A stretch of 64,000 nucleotides of DNA, taken from the IMG/VR virus record IMGVR_UViG_3300028394_000037; one strand, written 5' to 3'. The notes beneath the pieces were generated by a model. That model ran no database searches, had not been told where the DNA came from, and saw nothing but the letters and a program-made list of their open reading frames with translations. The position numbers were made by a program, and so were the translations under genes. This document shows positions 55,173-64,000 of this stretch, piece by piece; within the stretch, counting starts at the first letter, position 1, and each line of letters starts with the position of its first letter. This DNA is from a virus.

Positions 55173-57827
55173 TTAATTTATTCCCAAAGTCTTTGCAGTT
55201 CTAGAATTACCATCAGGATGAATAGCACTAAAATTAGGAACAGATTGTGATTTTGAACTTCCAGATGACGGTTTTGATTTTTTACTTGCAGGAATAACTA
55301 TTACTCTTGGTTGTGATGAAATTGGAGGAGTAATTTGATTTACTGATGGATTGAGTTTTGTAGGAGCAATTGTAGATTCTTCTGCTCTTACAGGTGGTGT
55401 AAATACTGAATTAACTACCGATCCTATTGTAGATTTTAAGGATCCAAATAAATCTGGTTGTAATTGTGGTGCCTGTGATACCTGTTCTTTTAAATCAGAT
55501 TTGGGTTTAGAAGAATATGCTTTTGCAACATCAGGATTTCTAAAATATATTAATTGTTTTGTTCCTGGCCATCCTGCTTTAGACATTTCAGGAGTCATCA
55601 AATTAGTAAATGTTCCTCGACCCGAAGAATTATTTGCAATTCTACCATCTGGCATTACTATTCCAATATGCCCATATGGTTCAGGATCTCCAGTCCCACG
55701 CGGATCATTCCATATTACAATATCTCCAGGTTTTCTTTTATCTTCAGAAACTTTGACAAAAGTTTTGTTCAATGACTTATAAATTTTTGGAACATTCTTT
55801 ATATTATCAATACCTTTCCAAGGAAGTGTTAATCCTGCTCTATTATATACCTCATTAATTGCTGGCGCACATCCATTACCAGGATCTTCACGATATCCCC
55901 ATTGTTCTTTTTGCATTTGTGCTGCAGCTTTTACAAGAGGATCAACATATCTGGAGGGTTTAAACTTGGGAACTGACGGACCATATTTTTCAGGTACTTT
56001 ATTATCATTTTTATTAGAGAAAATATTTTTTATAACATTTGCACCTTGATTAATTGCACTTGAAACTAAATTAATTGGTGTAGTATTTTGATTTGTCAAA
56101 GGTGAAAATGGAGGGTCTCCAATCAATCCACCACCAGCAGCATAAGTGTTTCCTTTAATAATTCTTGGGCGATTCGTTCCTCCACCCATAGCATTCATTG
56201 TTTCTAAAGTATTGACACCGAACAGCTGGGTCGCACCAGGAGACATCACAAACTCACCATCGGAAAGCATAGCAGGAATTTTATCAATTCCAGATTCTCC
56301 AGATACTTTCCCATCATTATCAAAAAATTGCCTTACCTTATGTAATCCACCGCCTATCAGACCAGCCATTTGACCGGCACCAAAACTTCCTGCCTCAATT
56401 GTTGAGGTTATTATACCTTCTTTAGTTTGTTGTTCTTTTGATTTTTGAGTTGGTTTTGATTGATCTTCTTTACCAAAAAGTTGTTCTCTTCTATCTTTCT
56501 TCTGATTTATTTCATTTATTCCAACACCAGTCATTACTGCAGCACCAGCAATTATACCAGCGGCAAGTGGATTTGCTGCAGCAAATTGTGCAATACCACG
56601 AATTAATATACCACTAATAGTTCTAATAAATCCACCAAGAGTGGTTCCAAATAAGAAATATGCACTCAAAAGTGCAGGCCAATAATCTTTAAAAAATCTC
56701 AAAACAGACTTGAGTTTATCTTGATTTTCTTTTTTTCCAATCCAGTCTATTAAATTATAAATTACTTTACCAATAAGCATAGATACAAAGAAATCAATAA
56801 TCTTATCCAATATTGACTTAACTGGCGAAAGAAGTTTTTGTGCAATCTTTTGAACTGCACCAAATCTTTTTTCCATTCCTTCTTCAATGCCTTTTCTTTT
56901 ATTTGCCTCTTTCTTCTTTCTCTCGTTTTCTGCATTCTTTCTATCTTGCTTATCTTGATCAACAATGCTTTTTAAAATATTATCAAGTGCTTTTTGAATA
57001 TCCTTAATAGGACCTTTCTTTTCTTCTGATTTTTTTATATCAGGAACTTCTGATGTTCCTTTTAATAAAAAATTATTTTTTATTAAATTTGATGGTCTTG
57101 TAATTCTTACATTATCTACTGTTATTTTTTTCCTTTCTACTTTAAATCTACCTACTTTATCTTTAACTCTTTCAAACTCATCTTGAATTAAAATTTGCTC
57201 TTCTGGATGAAGGTTAGATTTTCCTGTAGAAATTAAAACAGATTGTTCTTTTAAAAGACTTTTATACGTTCCATAATCAATATCAACTACATCATCTAAT
57301 CCAAGAATACGAAGAATTCTTTCATCAATCTTCTCCGTAATCAGATCTGCTTCATTAACTCCTCCTGTAGGAACTAATGCAGATTTTGAAGGTTCTTTTG
57401 TTGCAGTAGCAGTAGCAGTAGCAGTAGATTTTGCTTTTGCTTTTGCTTTTTGTATTTCCCTTTCTTTTTGTATTTCCTTTAATCTAGACTCTATTGCGAC
57501 ATCTTCAATTTTTTTATCTGCCTGTTTACGAAATGGTTTTTCAAGATATTCATCCACCAACCACTTCTGATACTTTTCATATCTTTCAATAAATTCAGCA
57601 CTATTAGCAGAATAATTAAATATTGGAAAACCTCTTGGATCCTTTTTTAGATTCTCAATTAATCTATCAGAATCTGCGTCACCAAGATTGACAGTAGAAT
57701 ATTTTCCGGCACCAGTCAGTTGGTCTTTAAGTTGTGACCAAACTTTTTCAGGATCACGCGGGTTACCCCAAGACATTTCGGGGTTTAATACTCCTTCTGG
57801 TGGTTGTGGAAGATTATTCACATCCAT
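55173..57827 (-). CDS. Tape-measure/hub-like protein with Cys-His amidase-like domain, 884 aa
   Basis: Coiled-coil plus hydrophobic helices, DKIPAMLSDGEFVM motif, and GCAPAI...PGDIVIW...GHIGIV. Confidence 0.7.
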   Translation of the reverse strand: MDVNNLPQPPEGVLNPEMSWGNPRDPEKVWSQLKDQLTGAGKYSTVNLGDADSDRLIENLKKDPRGFPIFNYSANSAEFIERYEKYQKWLVDEYLEKPFRKQADKKIEDVAIESRLKEIQKEREIQKAKAKAKSTATATATATKEPSKSALVPTGGVNEADLITEKIDERILRILGLDDVVDIDYGTYKSLLKEQSVLISTGKSNLHPEEQILIQDEFERVKDKVGRFKVERKKITVDNVRITRPSNLIKNNFLLKGTSEVPDIKKSEEKKGPIKDIQKALDNILKSIVDQDKQDRKNAENERKKKEANKRKGIEEGMEKRFGAVQKIAQKLLSPVKSILDKIIDFFVSMLIGKVIYNLIDWIGKKENQDKLKSVLRFFKDYWPALLSAYFLFGTTLGGFIRTISGILIRGIAQFAAANPLAAGIIAGAAVMTGVGINEINQKKDRREQLFGKEDQSKPTQKSKEQQTKEGIITSTIEAGSFGAGQMAGLIGGGLHKVRQFFDNDGKVSGESGIDKIPAMLSDGEFVMSPGATQLFGVNTLETMNAMGGGTNRPRIIKGNTYAAGGGLIGDPPFSPLTNQNTTPINLVSSAINQGANVIKNIFSNKNDNKVPEKYGPSVPKFKPSRYVDPLVKAAAQMQKEQWGYREDPGNGCAPAINEVYNRAGLTLPWKGIDNIKNVPKIYKSLNKTFVKVSEDKRKPGDIVIWNDPRGTGDPEPYGHIGIVMPDGRIANNSSGRGTFTNLMTPEMSKAGWPGTKQLIYFRNPDVAKAYSSKPKSDLKEQVSQAPQLQPDLFGSLKSTIGSVVNSVFTPPVRAEESTIAPTKLNPSVNQITPPISSQPRVIVIPASKKSKPSSGSSKSQSVPNFSAIHPDGNSRTAKTLGIN

Positions 57828-57994
57828 TAATTTTGCCTTTGCTGCTGTTTAAGTTTTTCTTCTTCTAAATGCTGTTTTAAGAGTTCAACATAAATATCCC
57901 TCTCCCATGGCATCATATTTTCAATCTCTGTTAATGAATATTTATGATACTGCATCAAGGCAAAATTAAGTCTAAAATAATTTTCCAGATCCAT
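57827..57994 (-). CDS. gp51: gp51-like baseplate hub assembly protein, 55 aa (not in the ORF track)
   Basis: MDLENYFRLNFALMQYHKYSLTEIENMMPWERDIYVELLKQHLEEEKLKQQQRQN. Confidence 0.85.
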   Translation of the reverse strand: MDLENYFRLNFALMQYHKYSLTEIENMMPWERDIYVELLKQHLEEEKLKQQQRQN

Positions 57995-58005
57995 ATGGAT
58001 CAGGG

Positions 58006-58725
58006 CTATGCGAAAAAACTTGATAACCCTTCTAAAGTAACTTCGTTTTCTACTTCTGTTTTTGGATTGATCACAATCAATTTATGAGAAAGTTTTGGCA
58101 TAGTCTCAAAAAATTCTTCAATTTTCTTAAATTGTGATGAATTCATTTGATCCAAAAATTCAATCATTTCTTTTTTAGTTACGTCAGAAGATGACCAAAC
58201 TTCTTCCTCCGTATAAATTTTATCCACACAAGATGCAATCAATTCAAATGATTGATCCATAGAGTTTTGATTTTTAAAATCAAAATTTGCTTTAATAAAC
58301 TGATCCAATGATGGATATTTCATTTCCATCATAACACTATCATCTATTTTTATTTTATTTGTATGTTCTTCATTCTTACAAACTTTAATTGAATCAACAT
58401 CAATTTTTACTAATACAGTTGTCTCGCCATCATCGGGACAAATCACATTAACTTCAATTTCTTCTCCAACAGATTTACCACGAATATTTAAAAACAGAAA
58501 CTCAATATCAAATGTGGGAAGTGTTTCTACTTTAATATTTTTTGTAAAAATGCAATTTTTGATAACATTTTTAATTGCATTTGTAATTTGTTTTGTATCT
58601 TCACTTTCCAATGCAATCAACAATACCTTTTCCTCTTTAACAAGAAATGGACGGTATTTAATCAGTTCTCCTGTTGATGGAAGTTCCAACTCATATGTTG
58701 GTGTAGAAATTTTTGGTAAAGGCAT
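58006..58725 (-). CDS. gp26: gp26-like baseplate hub protein
   Basis: MPLPKI.TPTYEL.LPS...YRPFLVKEEK...FDIEFLFLNIRGKSVGE...LEGLSSFF. Confidence 0.88.
   Translation of the reverse strand: MPLPKISTPTYELELPSTGELIKYRPFLVKEEKVLLIALESEDTKQITNAIKNVIKNCIFTKNIKVETLPTFDIEFLFLNIRGKSVGEEIEVNVICPDDGETTVLVKIDVDSIKVCKNEEHTNKIKIDDSVMMEMKYPSLDQFIKANFDFKNQNSMDQSFELIASCVDKIYTEEEVWSSSDVTKKEMIEFLDQMNSSQFKKIEEFFETMPKLSHKLIVINPKTEVENEVTLEGLSSFFA
58012..58018 (-). other. Candidate -1 ribosomal frameshift site T TTT TTC
   Basis: X XXY YYZ heptamer phased with gp26. The -1 frame is open into gp51. Confidence 0.65.
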
Positions 58726-58754
58726 AATGTCCTATAAAATTCAGGTATGGTTAT

Positions 58755-59585
58755 TTATGCGCGAGCACCAAGATTAAAATTTGGAAAATTATTAGCAGGG
58801 TTTACAAATGTTGTTGGTGTTTGTATATCTGAAGTTCCAAAATTATTACCAACAGGACCAGAAACATATCCTTTTGGTGTTGGTATATTAGGATCAGTTC
58901 CCCAATCAGTTCCAAACTGAGGATCAGTAGAACCTGTTTGATTATTAATTTTTTCTTGAGTTATAGTATCACTACCAAGAACATATCTTATATAAGTAAA
59001 AGAAACAGTACATTTTAATAAAGATGAACTGTCATATGATACTGGCATAGATATGATACTAATTGGATATGCATTAATAAATCTATAACTCAAAGATTTT
59101 CCGGCATAGTCTTTTTCAAATTTTTTGATATATATTGCCGATGTAATATAATCATCTGGATAATGCATTCTATAATAATAATTTCCGGTATCCAATCCTT
59201 GAGATATTTGCTCATTCGTAATATATCCCAACCAATTTTCAAAAAAATAAATGATTGAATAATCGTGATCTACATAAAAAGTAAAATCCGCACGATCATC
59301 ATATAATCTTCTGTATGCAAATCTTTGAGTTACACCAGTATAATCACTATTATTCTCGTGAGTTGCCAATGATGATCCAGGAAGAGATGCCTCACAACAA
59401 GATAATGAAATGAGTTCAGAATTATATTCTTTACCTAAACCAGCCTCAGCACGTTGCTTTACCCACTTTTCTACCTCCTTTGGTGGATTAAACCAACATT
59501 GAAACTGTGAAGTAAGTGCAGGATTTAATAGTTTTGATTTAATATCAGAAACACTAACTCTTTTAGCAGATGGTGTTGAGGGCAT
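58755..59585 (-). CDS. Tail-tube-fold protein (gp19/gp54-like), 276 aa
   Basis: CCEASLPG...RRLYD...FTFYVD...FENW...FINAYPISI...CTVSFTY. Confidence 0.7.
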   Translation of the reverse strand: MPSTPSAKRVSVSDIKSKLLNPALTSQFQCWFNPPKEVEKWVKQRAEAGLGKEYNSELISLSCCEASLPGSSLATHENNSDYTGVTQRFAYRRLYDDRADFTFYVDHDYSIIYFFENWLGYITNEQISQGLDTGNYYYRMHYPDDYITSAIYIKKFEKDYAGKSLSYRFINAYPISIISMPVSYDSSSLLKCTVSFTYIRYVLGSDTITQEKINNQTGSTDPQFGTDWGTDPNIPTPKGYVSGPVGNNFGTSDIQTPTTFVNPANNFPNFNLGARA

Positions 59586-59633
59586 CTAAATAAATTTGAC
59601 ATTATATATTATGTATTAGACATAAGATTAAAA

Positions 59634-60086
59634 ATGCCTCGTGATTCAAAATACAATCAAGGTAGATTTCACCCACAAAATCCACAAAAATATAAGGGAA
59701 ATGTAAATAACATAATTTACAGAAGTTCTTGGGAATTGAAATTTATGAAATGGTGTGATTTAAGTGAAAATATTTTAGAGTATGGTTCTGAAGAATTTTG
59801 GATACCATATCTTTCTCCAGTTGATAATCGTGTTCACAGGTATTTTCCAGATTTTATTATCAAAGTGAAAGAAAATTCTGGGCAAATCAAAACTTATATT
59901 GTTGAAGTTAAACCAGAAAAACAAACAGTACCACCAAAACAAAGGTCAAGAGTGACTAAATCATATCTATATGAAGCACAAACCTATGCAGTAAATCAAG
60001 CAAAGTGGGAAGCAGCAAAGGAATGGTGTGCTGACAGAATGTTAAATTTTATGATTATAACAGAAAAAGAATTAGGTATCAAATGA
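59634..60086 (+). CDS. gp4: Head completion protein
   Basis: NPQKYKG...YRSSWE...SEE...HRYFPDF...VEVKP...NQAKWEAA...ITE. Confidence 0.92.
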   Translation: MPRDSKYNQGRFHPQNPQKYKGNVNNIIYRSSWELKFMKWCDLSENILEYGSEEFWIPYLSPVDNRVHRYFPDFIIKVKENSGQIKTYIVEVKPEKQTVPPKQRSRVTKSYLYEAQTYAVNQAKWEAAKEWCADRMLNFMIITEKELGIK

Positions 60087-60466
60087 TGGAAAAAGGTTTC
60101 GGTCAACATATTAAAAAAACATCAGAGAGGGTTAAACTTCTAAAAAGAAATATTACAAATATTAGAAATCCTGAAGATATTATGATGGAAATTATAAGAT
60201 TATTTCCAGATACTGAACTTATTCCTCAAGTAGGAAAATATTATACATTCATTTATAATGCTAAGACACCAAAACTTAGATATGATCAACATCCTTTAAT
60301 CGCAACGGTTGCAGTTGAAAGATGGGGATTTAAAGGAATTAATTATCACTGGGGAACAATTCGTAGTTATACCTGGAATGAAGTAGTTGGTAAATTGCAT
60401 ATTGTTGAACCAGAAGAAGTTAAAGATCTTCGTAAAATACGTTATGCAAAATTCCTCACTAAATAA
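60083..60466 (+). CDS. gp2-like DNA end protector fold protein, 127 aa
   Basis: GKYYTFIYNAKT...YDQHPLI...GFKGINYHW, adjacent to gp4. Confidence 0.6.
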   Translation: MMEKGFGQHIKKTSERVKLLKRNITNIRNPEDIMMEIIRLFPDTELIPQVGKYYTFIYNAKTPKLRYDQHPLIATVAVERWGFKGINYHWGTIRSYTWNEVVGKLHIVEPEEVKDLRKIRYAKFLTK

Positions 60467-60541
60467 CTAAAAAGTATATTCAATGTTTAGAATAGTAGGA
60501 AAATATATTTTAAACATCTTCTCTAATAGAGAGGTAACCTG

Positions 60542-61891
60542 ATGGCATATACACCAACATATACAACCGGTGCTGATGGCAAGTCAATGGCAAAGGTTGT
60601 AAAAACAGATACTGTTACGTTGGATATTGGTGGAAAAAAAATTCAAGGATATCAAACAACATATGCTGATGGAAAATCGAAATGGATAACTACAGGAGAT
60701 GCCTCAAATAATTCCGGTTATGATTATTCCACTTTCACTTCACAAAAAAATTCTTCTGGTAAATGGATATGGACCCCAACCACAACAGATAGTATTTCAA
60801 ATTTAGCAGATAGCACAGGGATATCTTCGAAACAAATAGAAAAAGATCTATATACACAAGCAATTCAAAATTCTTTAGATAATAATAGAGTTACTCAACT
60901 TGGTGGTACAGACAATGCAAAAAAAATTGATGATACAATACCAAAAGCAGGGGCATCTGCATCGCCACCACCAGCAGCAGATGAAAAACAACCAACAGCA
61001 GATGCACAAAAAGCAGCAAATGATGATCTTAAATCCCCAGCAGCAAGAGGTGAATATGGACATTTAAGATATCCAATCACAAAAGTAGATGATAATCAAG
61101 ATCATATATTATTTTCTATGTGGGAATATTCACCCAAACCAATTAATACAAGTAATACTCAAACTCCAGGAATATCTGGAAGCAGAAATAAAGACAGAAA
61201 CCCTATAGGTAGTGTTATATTACCAATTCCTGCAGGAATATCAGATTCAAATAGAGTAAGATGGGGAGAAGATTCATTATCTCCAGAACAGAGCTTTCTT
61301 GGAGATCTTTTATCTAGAGGTATTACAGGAGAAGATGGCGGAGCTCCAGGTGCTCTTGGTAAAGGAGCAGGTTATATAAAAGAAAACTCAACAACAGCAA
61401 AAGAATATTTTAAAAATAGATATGTACAAGCTGTAACTGGCGTAAATCTATTAGCAAGAAATGAAGGTGCAATAGTAAATCCAAATATGGAATTATTATT
61501 TAATTCACCATCTTTAAGGTCATTTCTATTTAATTTCAGATTAACTCCAAGAAGTGAACCTGAAGCAATAGAGGTTAGAAAAATAATCAGATTCTTTAAA
61601 CAGGGAATGAGCGTTAAAAAAACAAAAGGTGAGTTATTTTTAAAAGCACCAAATACATTTCAGATTACATATTATAATGGAACAAAGAAAGACCATCCAT
61701 ATCTAACTAAATTTAAAGAATGTGCATTAACAGATTTCACTGTTAATTATACTCCGGATGGAAGTTATATGACTTATGAAGGAAAAGAAGCATCTATGAC
61801 TGCATATGAAATATCAATACAACTTTCGGAACTTGAACCAATATTTAATGATGATTATCCAAAAGATGGCGATGCAACAATAGGATACTAA
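60542..61891 (+). CDS. gp48: Baseplate tail-tube cap
   Basis: LRYP...LPIP...NPNMELLF..P.LRSF.F.F...PRS..EA...F...NYTPDG..TY...ELEPI. Confidence 0.88.
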   Translation: MAYTPTYTTGADGKSMAKVVKTDTVTLDIGGKKIQGYQTTYADGKSKWITTGDASNNSGYDYSTFTSQKNSSGKWIWTPTTTDSISNLADSTGISSKQIEKDLYTQAIQNSLDNNRVTQLGGTDNAKKIDDTIPKAGASASPPPAADEKQPTADAQKAANDDLKSPAARGEYGHLRYPITKVDDNQDHILFSMWEYSPKPINTSNTQTPGISGSRNKDRNPIGSVILPIPAGISDSNRVRWGEDSLSPEQSFLGDLLSRGITGEDGGAPGALGKGAGYIKENSTTAKEYFKNRYVQAVTGVNLLARNEGAIVNPNMELLFNSPSLRSFLFNFRLTPRSEPEAIEVRKIIRFFKQGMSVKKTKGELFLKAPNTFQITYYNGTKKDHPYLTKFKECALTDFTVNYTPDGSYMTYEGKEASMTAYEISIQLSELEPIFNDDYPKDGDATIGY

Positions 61892-61893
61892 AA

Positions 61894-62565
61894 ATGACAA
61901 GACCTTATTTCAGACAACTTCCAAACTTTGATTACGTTAGTAGACTACCAGATGCTAAAATATCAGATTATATTCAAGTAAAAAATCTTTTTAAGAAAGG
62001 AAAACTTCGTGAAGATATTTTTGAAAATATAGCATTTTTTACAAAATATAAAATTATTGGAGATGATCGTCCAGATAATGTAGCATATGAAGTTTATAAT
62101 GATTCAACATTAGATTGGATAGTTCTTCTTTCAAATAATATCATCAATATTCAAACAGAGTGGCCATTAACTCAACAGTCTTTTGATTCATATCTTCTAA
62201 ACAAGTATGGTTCATATGATGCATTGTATTCAAATATTCATCATTACGAAACTATAGAAGTTAAAAATACAGCAGGTACAATTATTGTTCCAGCAGGTAT
62301 GCAGGTCTCATCAGATTATAATGTAAGTTATTACGACTATTTCACAAATAGTCAAGTAAACAGATCAGATATCATAACACCAATTACAAATTATGAATAC
62401 GAAGAAAAAATAGAAAATGATAAAAGAAATATCTTTTTACTGAAACCAACATACATACATCTAATCTTTGATGATCTCAATGATATTATGCCATACAAAA
62501 AAGGGTCCTCACAGTATGTTAGTGAGGACCTAAAGAGAGGAGATAATATTAGATTAACAAATTAA
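61894..62565 (+). CDS. gp53: Baseplate wedge subunit
   Basis: YFRQLPNFDY...RPDNVA...Y...LDWIVLLSNNI...EWP...HHYET...NYEYE...N..KRNI. Confidence 0.92.
   Translation: MTRPYFRQLPNFDYVSRLPDAKISDYIQVKNLFKKGKLREDIFENIAFFTKYKIIGDDRPDNVAYEVYNDSTLDWIVLLSNNIINIQTEWPLTQQSFDSYLLNKYGSYDALYSNIHHYETIEVKNTAGTIIVPAGMQVSSDYNVSYYDYFTNSQVNRSDIITPITNYEYEEKIENDKRNIFLLKPTYIHLIFDDLNDIMPYKKGSSQYVSEDLKRGDNIRLTN
62497..62531 (-). terminator. Terminator for gp32, embedded antisense in the gp53 3' end
   Basis: AGGTCCTCAC-loop-GTGAGGACCC-TTTTTT on the minus strand, about 35 nt past the gp32 stop. Confidence 0.8.
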
Positions 62566-63504
62566 TCACTCGTCAGCAAGACGTTGAAAATAACTCAAGG
62601 CATCATCCTCATCTTCATCAGCAACAGGTTGCTTAACTTTAGGTGATGGTGCTTTACTACGAGAATAAGATTGCTCTAGTTCTTCCACTACACGACTTTC
62701 AATCGTTGGAGATTCAACCATAGAATCATATTCAGACTCTTCTTCTGATTGAACACGAGAATTACCCTTTTGACCCAAAACATACTTCAGACGCTTTTCA
62801 AGATCTTCATATGACTTGAATTGATCTGGAGCAACTACGGCAGCAAGAGAATACTCTTTCTTCCAGATTGCTTCCATTGCATCATCATCATCAAGAAGAG
62901 GTGCCTGACGATCAAACTCAGACTTATCATAGTTCCAGTAACCATCCTTCTTCACAATCTTCAGTTTGAAGTTTGCACCTTGCCAGAAGTCAAAAGGATT
63001 GATAGGAGTTTCATCCTCAAACTCAGGTTGCATTGCTTCCATAATCTTATCAAAGATCTTCTTACCATACTTGAATAAGAACACCTTACCTTCATTTGAA
63101 GGATTGGTAGGATCCTTTACAACATAAATGTTGGAGTAATATGACAACTTACGCTTTTGCTTACGAACAGTTTCCTTATTTGCTTCAGTACCAGTATTCC
63201 ATAGTTCACGATTATGCTCACCGAGAGGATCCTTACCACCAATGGTAGTCAGTGAGTTCTCAATGTACCATCCACCAGGACCTTGAAATGCGTGTGAGTA
63301 CATCTTTGCCCAAGGAAGTTCTTCTCCTTCAGGAGCGGGCAGGAAACGAATGATTGCGAATCCATTACCAGTCTTATCCATCTCTGGCTTCCACAGACGC
63401 TCATCAGCACCACCAGAAGTAGTGCTCATCTTCTCAACTTCTTTCACCAGTTTTGCGGTGAGAGAACCAATACTAGATTGCTTTTTTAGATTTTCAAAAG
63501 ACAT
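62566..63504 (-). CDS. gp32: Single-stranded DNA-binding protein
   Basis: DERLWKP..DK.GNG.A.IRFLP...GWYIENSLTT...FKYGKKIFDKI...GANFKLK...NYDKS and an acidic tail. Confidence 0.97.
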   Translation of the reverse strand: MSFENLKKQSSIGSLTAKLVKEVEKMSTTSGGADERLWKPEMDKTGNGFAIIRFLPAPEGEELPWAKMYSHAFQGPGGWYIENSLTTIGGKDPLGEHNRELWNTGTEANKETVRKQKRKLSYYSNIYVVKDPTNPSNEGKVFLFKYGKKIFDKIMEAMQPEFEDETPINPFDFWQGANFKLKIVKKDGYWNYDKSEFDRQAPLLDDDDAMEAIWKKEYSLAAVVAPDQFKSYEDLEKRLKYVLGQKGNSRVQSEEESEYDSMVESPTIESRVVEELEQSYSRSKAPSPKVKQPVADEDEDDALSYFQRLADE

Positions 63505-63548
63505 TTTTTTACCTCAGATTTGTACGGATTTGGCTTTTGTACTTCGTT

Positions 63549-63577
63549 ATTCTACAGGGAATCGTCAGTTTTGTCAA
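63549..63577 (-). promoter_or_regulatory. sigma70-type promoter for gp32
   Basis: TTGACA-17 bp-TAGAAT. Confidence 0.8.
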
Positions 63578-63896
63578 TCTGATTCTTCATCAACTCTATT
63601 AAATCTTTCATATTATTAAAAATAACACTCATATCTACTCCAGGAGGAAGTCCCATCATTGTTGCAGATTGAATAATTTTTTCTTTCATATTTTGAGCTT
63701 CAGGATCATCAGACAAACTCAATCTTGTATAAAGAACTTGTTGTTTTTCTAAAAGTTGCTGCAATAATTCAATATGGTAAATTTTTTCATCCTTTACCAT
63801 ATTGGGATAATCAAAAAGATTTCCATAAATTTCATTTTGAAGATCGTGAATTTCTTCTAATTCTTCACGAACAACTTCAGATTCAAAAAAACTCAT
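63552..63896 (-). CDS. DUF1825-like protein, 114 aa
   Basis: FFESEVV...Q...Y.RLSLSDDPEA, in its usual position between gp59 and gp32 in cyanomyophages. Confidence 0.7.
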   Translation of the reverse strand: MSFFESEVVREELEEIHDLQNEIYGNLFDYPNMVKDEKIYHIELLQQLLEKQQVLYTRLSLSDDPEAQNMKEKIIQSATMMGLPPGVDMSVIFNNMKDLIELMKNQIDKTDDSL

Positions 63897-64000
63897 TGTT
63901 CTCCTAAGATAATTTCTTTCAAAATTTTTTTATAACGAAATACATCGGTATTTAGAAATGGACTATACTTAACAAGTTTTGTTGATGTCAATTTCCACAC
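63893..64000 (-). CDS. gp59: 3' end of a gp59-like helicase loader (partial)
   Basis: VWKLTSTKLVKYSPFLNTDVFRYKKILKEIILGEQ*, plus synteny. Confidence 0.6.
   Translation of the reverse strand: MWKLTSTKLVKYSPFLNTDVFRYKKILKEIILGEQ

Noticed and set aside
59634-60086. gp4 as a TnsA-like transposase or homing endonuclease
   Set aside because: Shared fold only; sequence and synteny match the core T4 head-completion gene.
60875-61080. Cys/Trp-rich minus-strand ORFs as a RiPP or metallothionein
   Set aside because: Antisense shadow of GCA/CCA-rich codons in gp48.

Overview
This AT-rich window is part of a T4-like (Kyanoviridae-type) cyanomyophage genome. The assignment rests on recognisable gp59/gp32/gp53/gp48/gp4/gp26/gp51/gp5 genes, T4-type late promoters (NATAAATA/CTAAATA) and a phage-type CP12. 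Positions ~41.8-64 kb hold the conserved baseplate/tail/replication block, and ~41.2-41.8 kb is a small island with two sigma70-type promoters, a short-variable-loop tRNA-Leu(UAA) and a candidate sRNA. Positions 1-41.2 kb are a minus-strand array of Ser/Thr/Gly-rich fibre and adhesin genes. The most interesting part is 19.8-33.2 kb, a repeated cassette architecture: fibre 'adaptor' genes sharing near-identical central DNA, glycine-rich tip proteins with an N-terminal FGFG peptide, and flanking 2OG-Fe(II) oxygenases or chaperones. A 69-bp direct repeat there could precisely excise one tip gene. A lambda G/G-T-like -1 frameshift site also links gp26 to gp51. All product names come from visual motif recognition; no searches were run.
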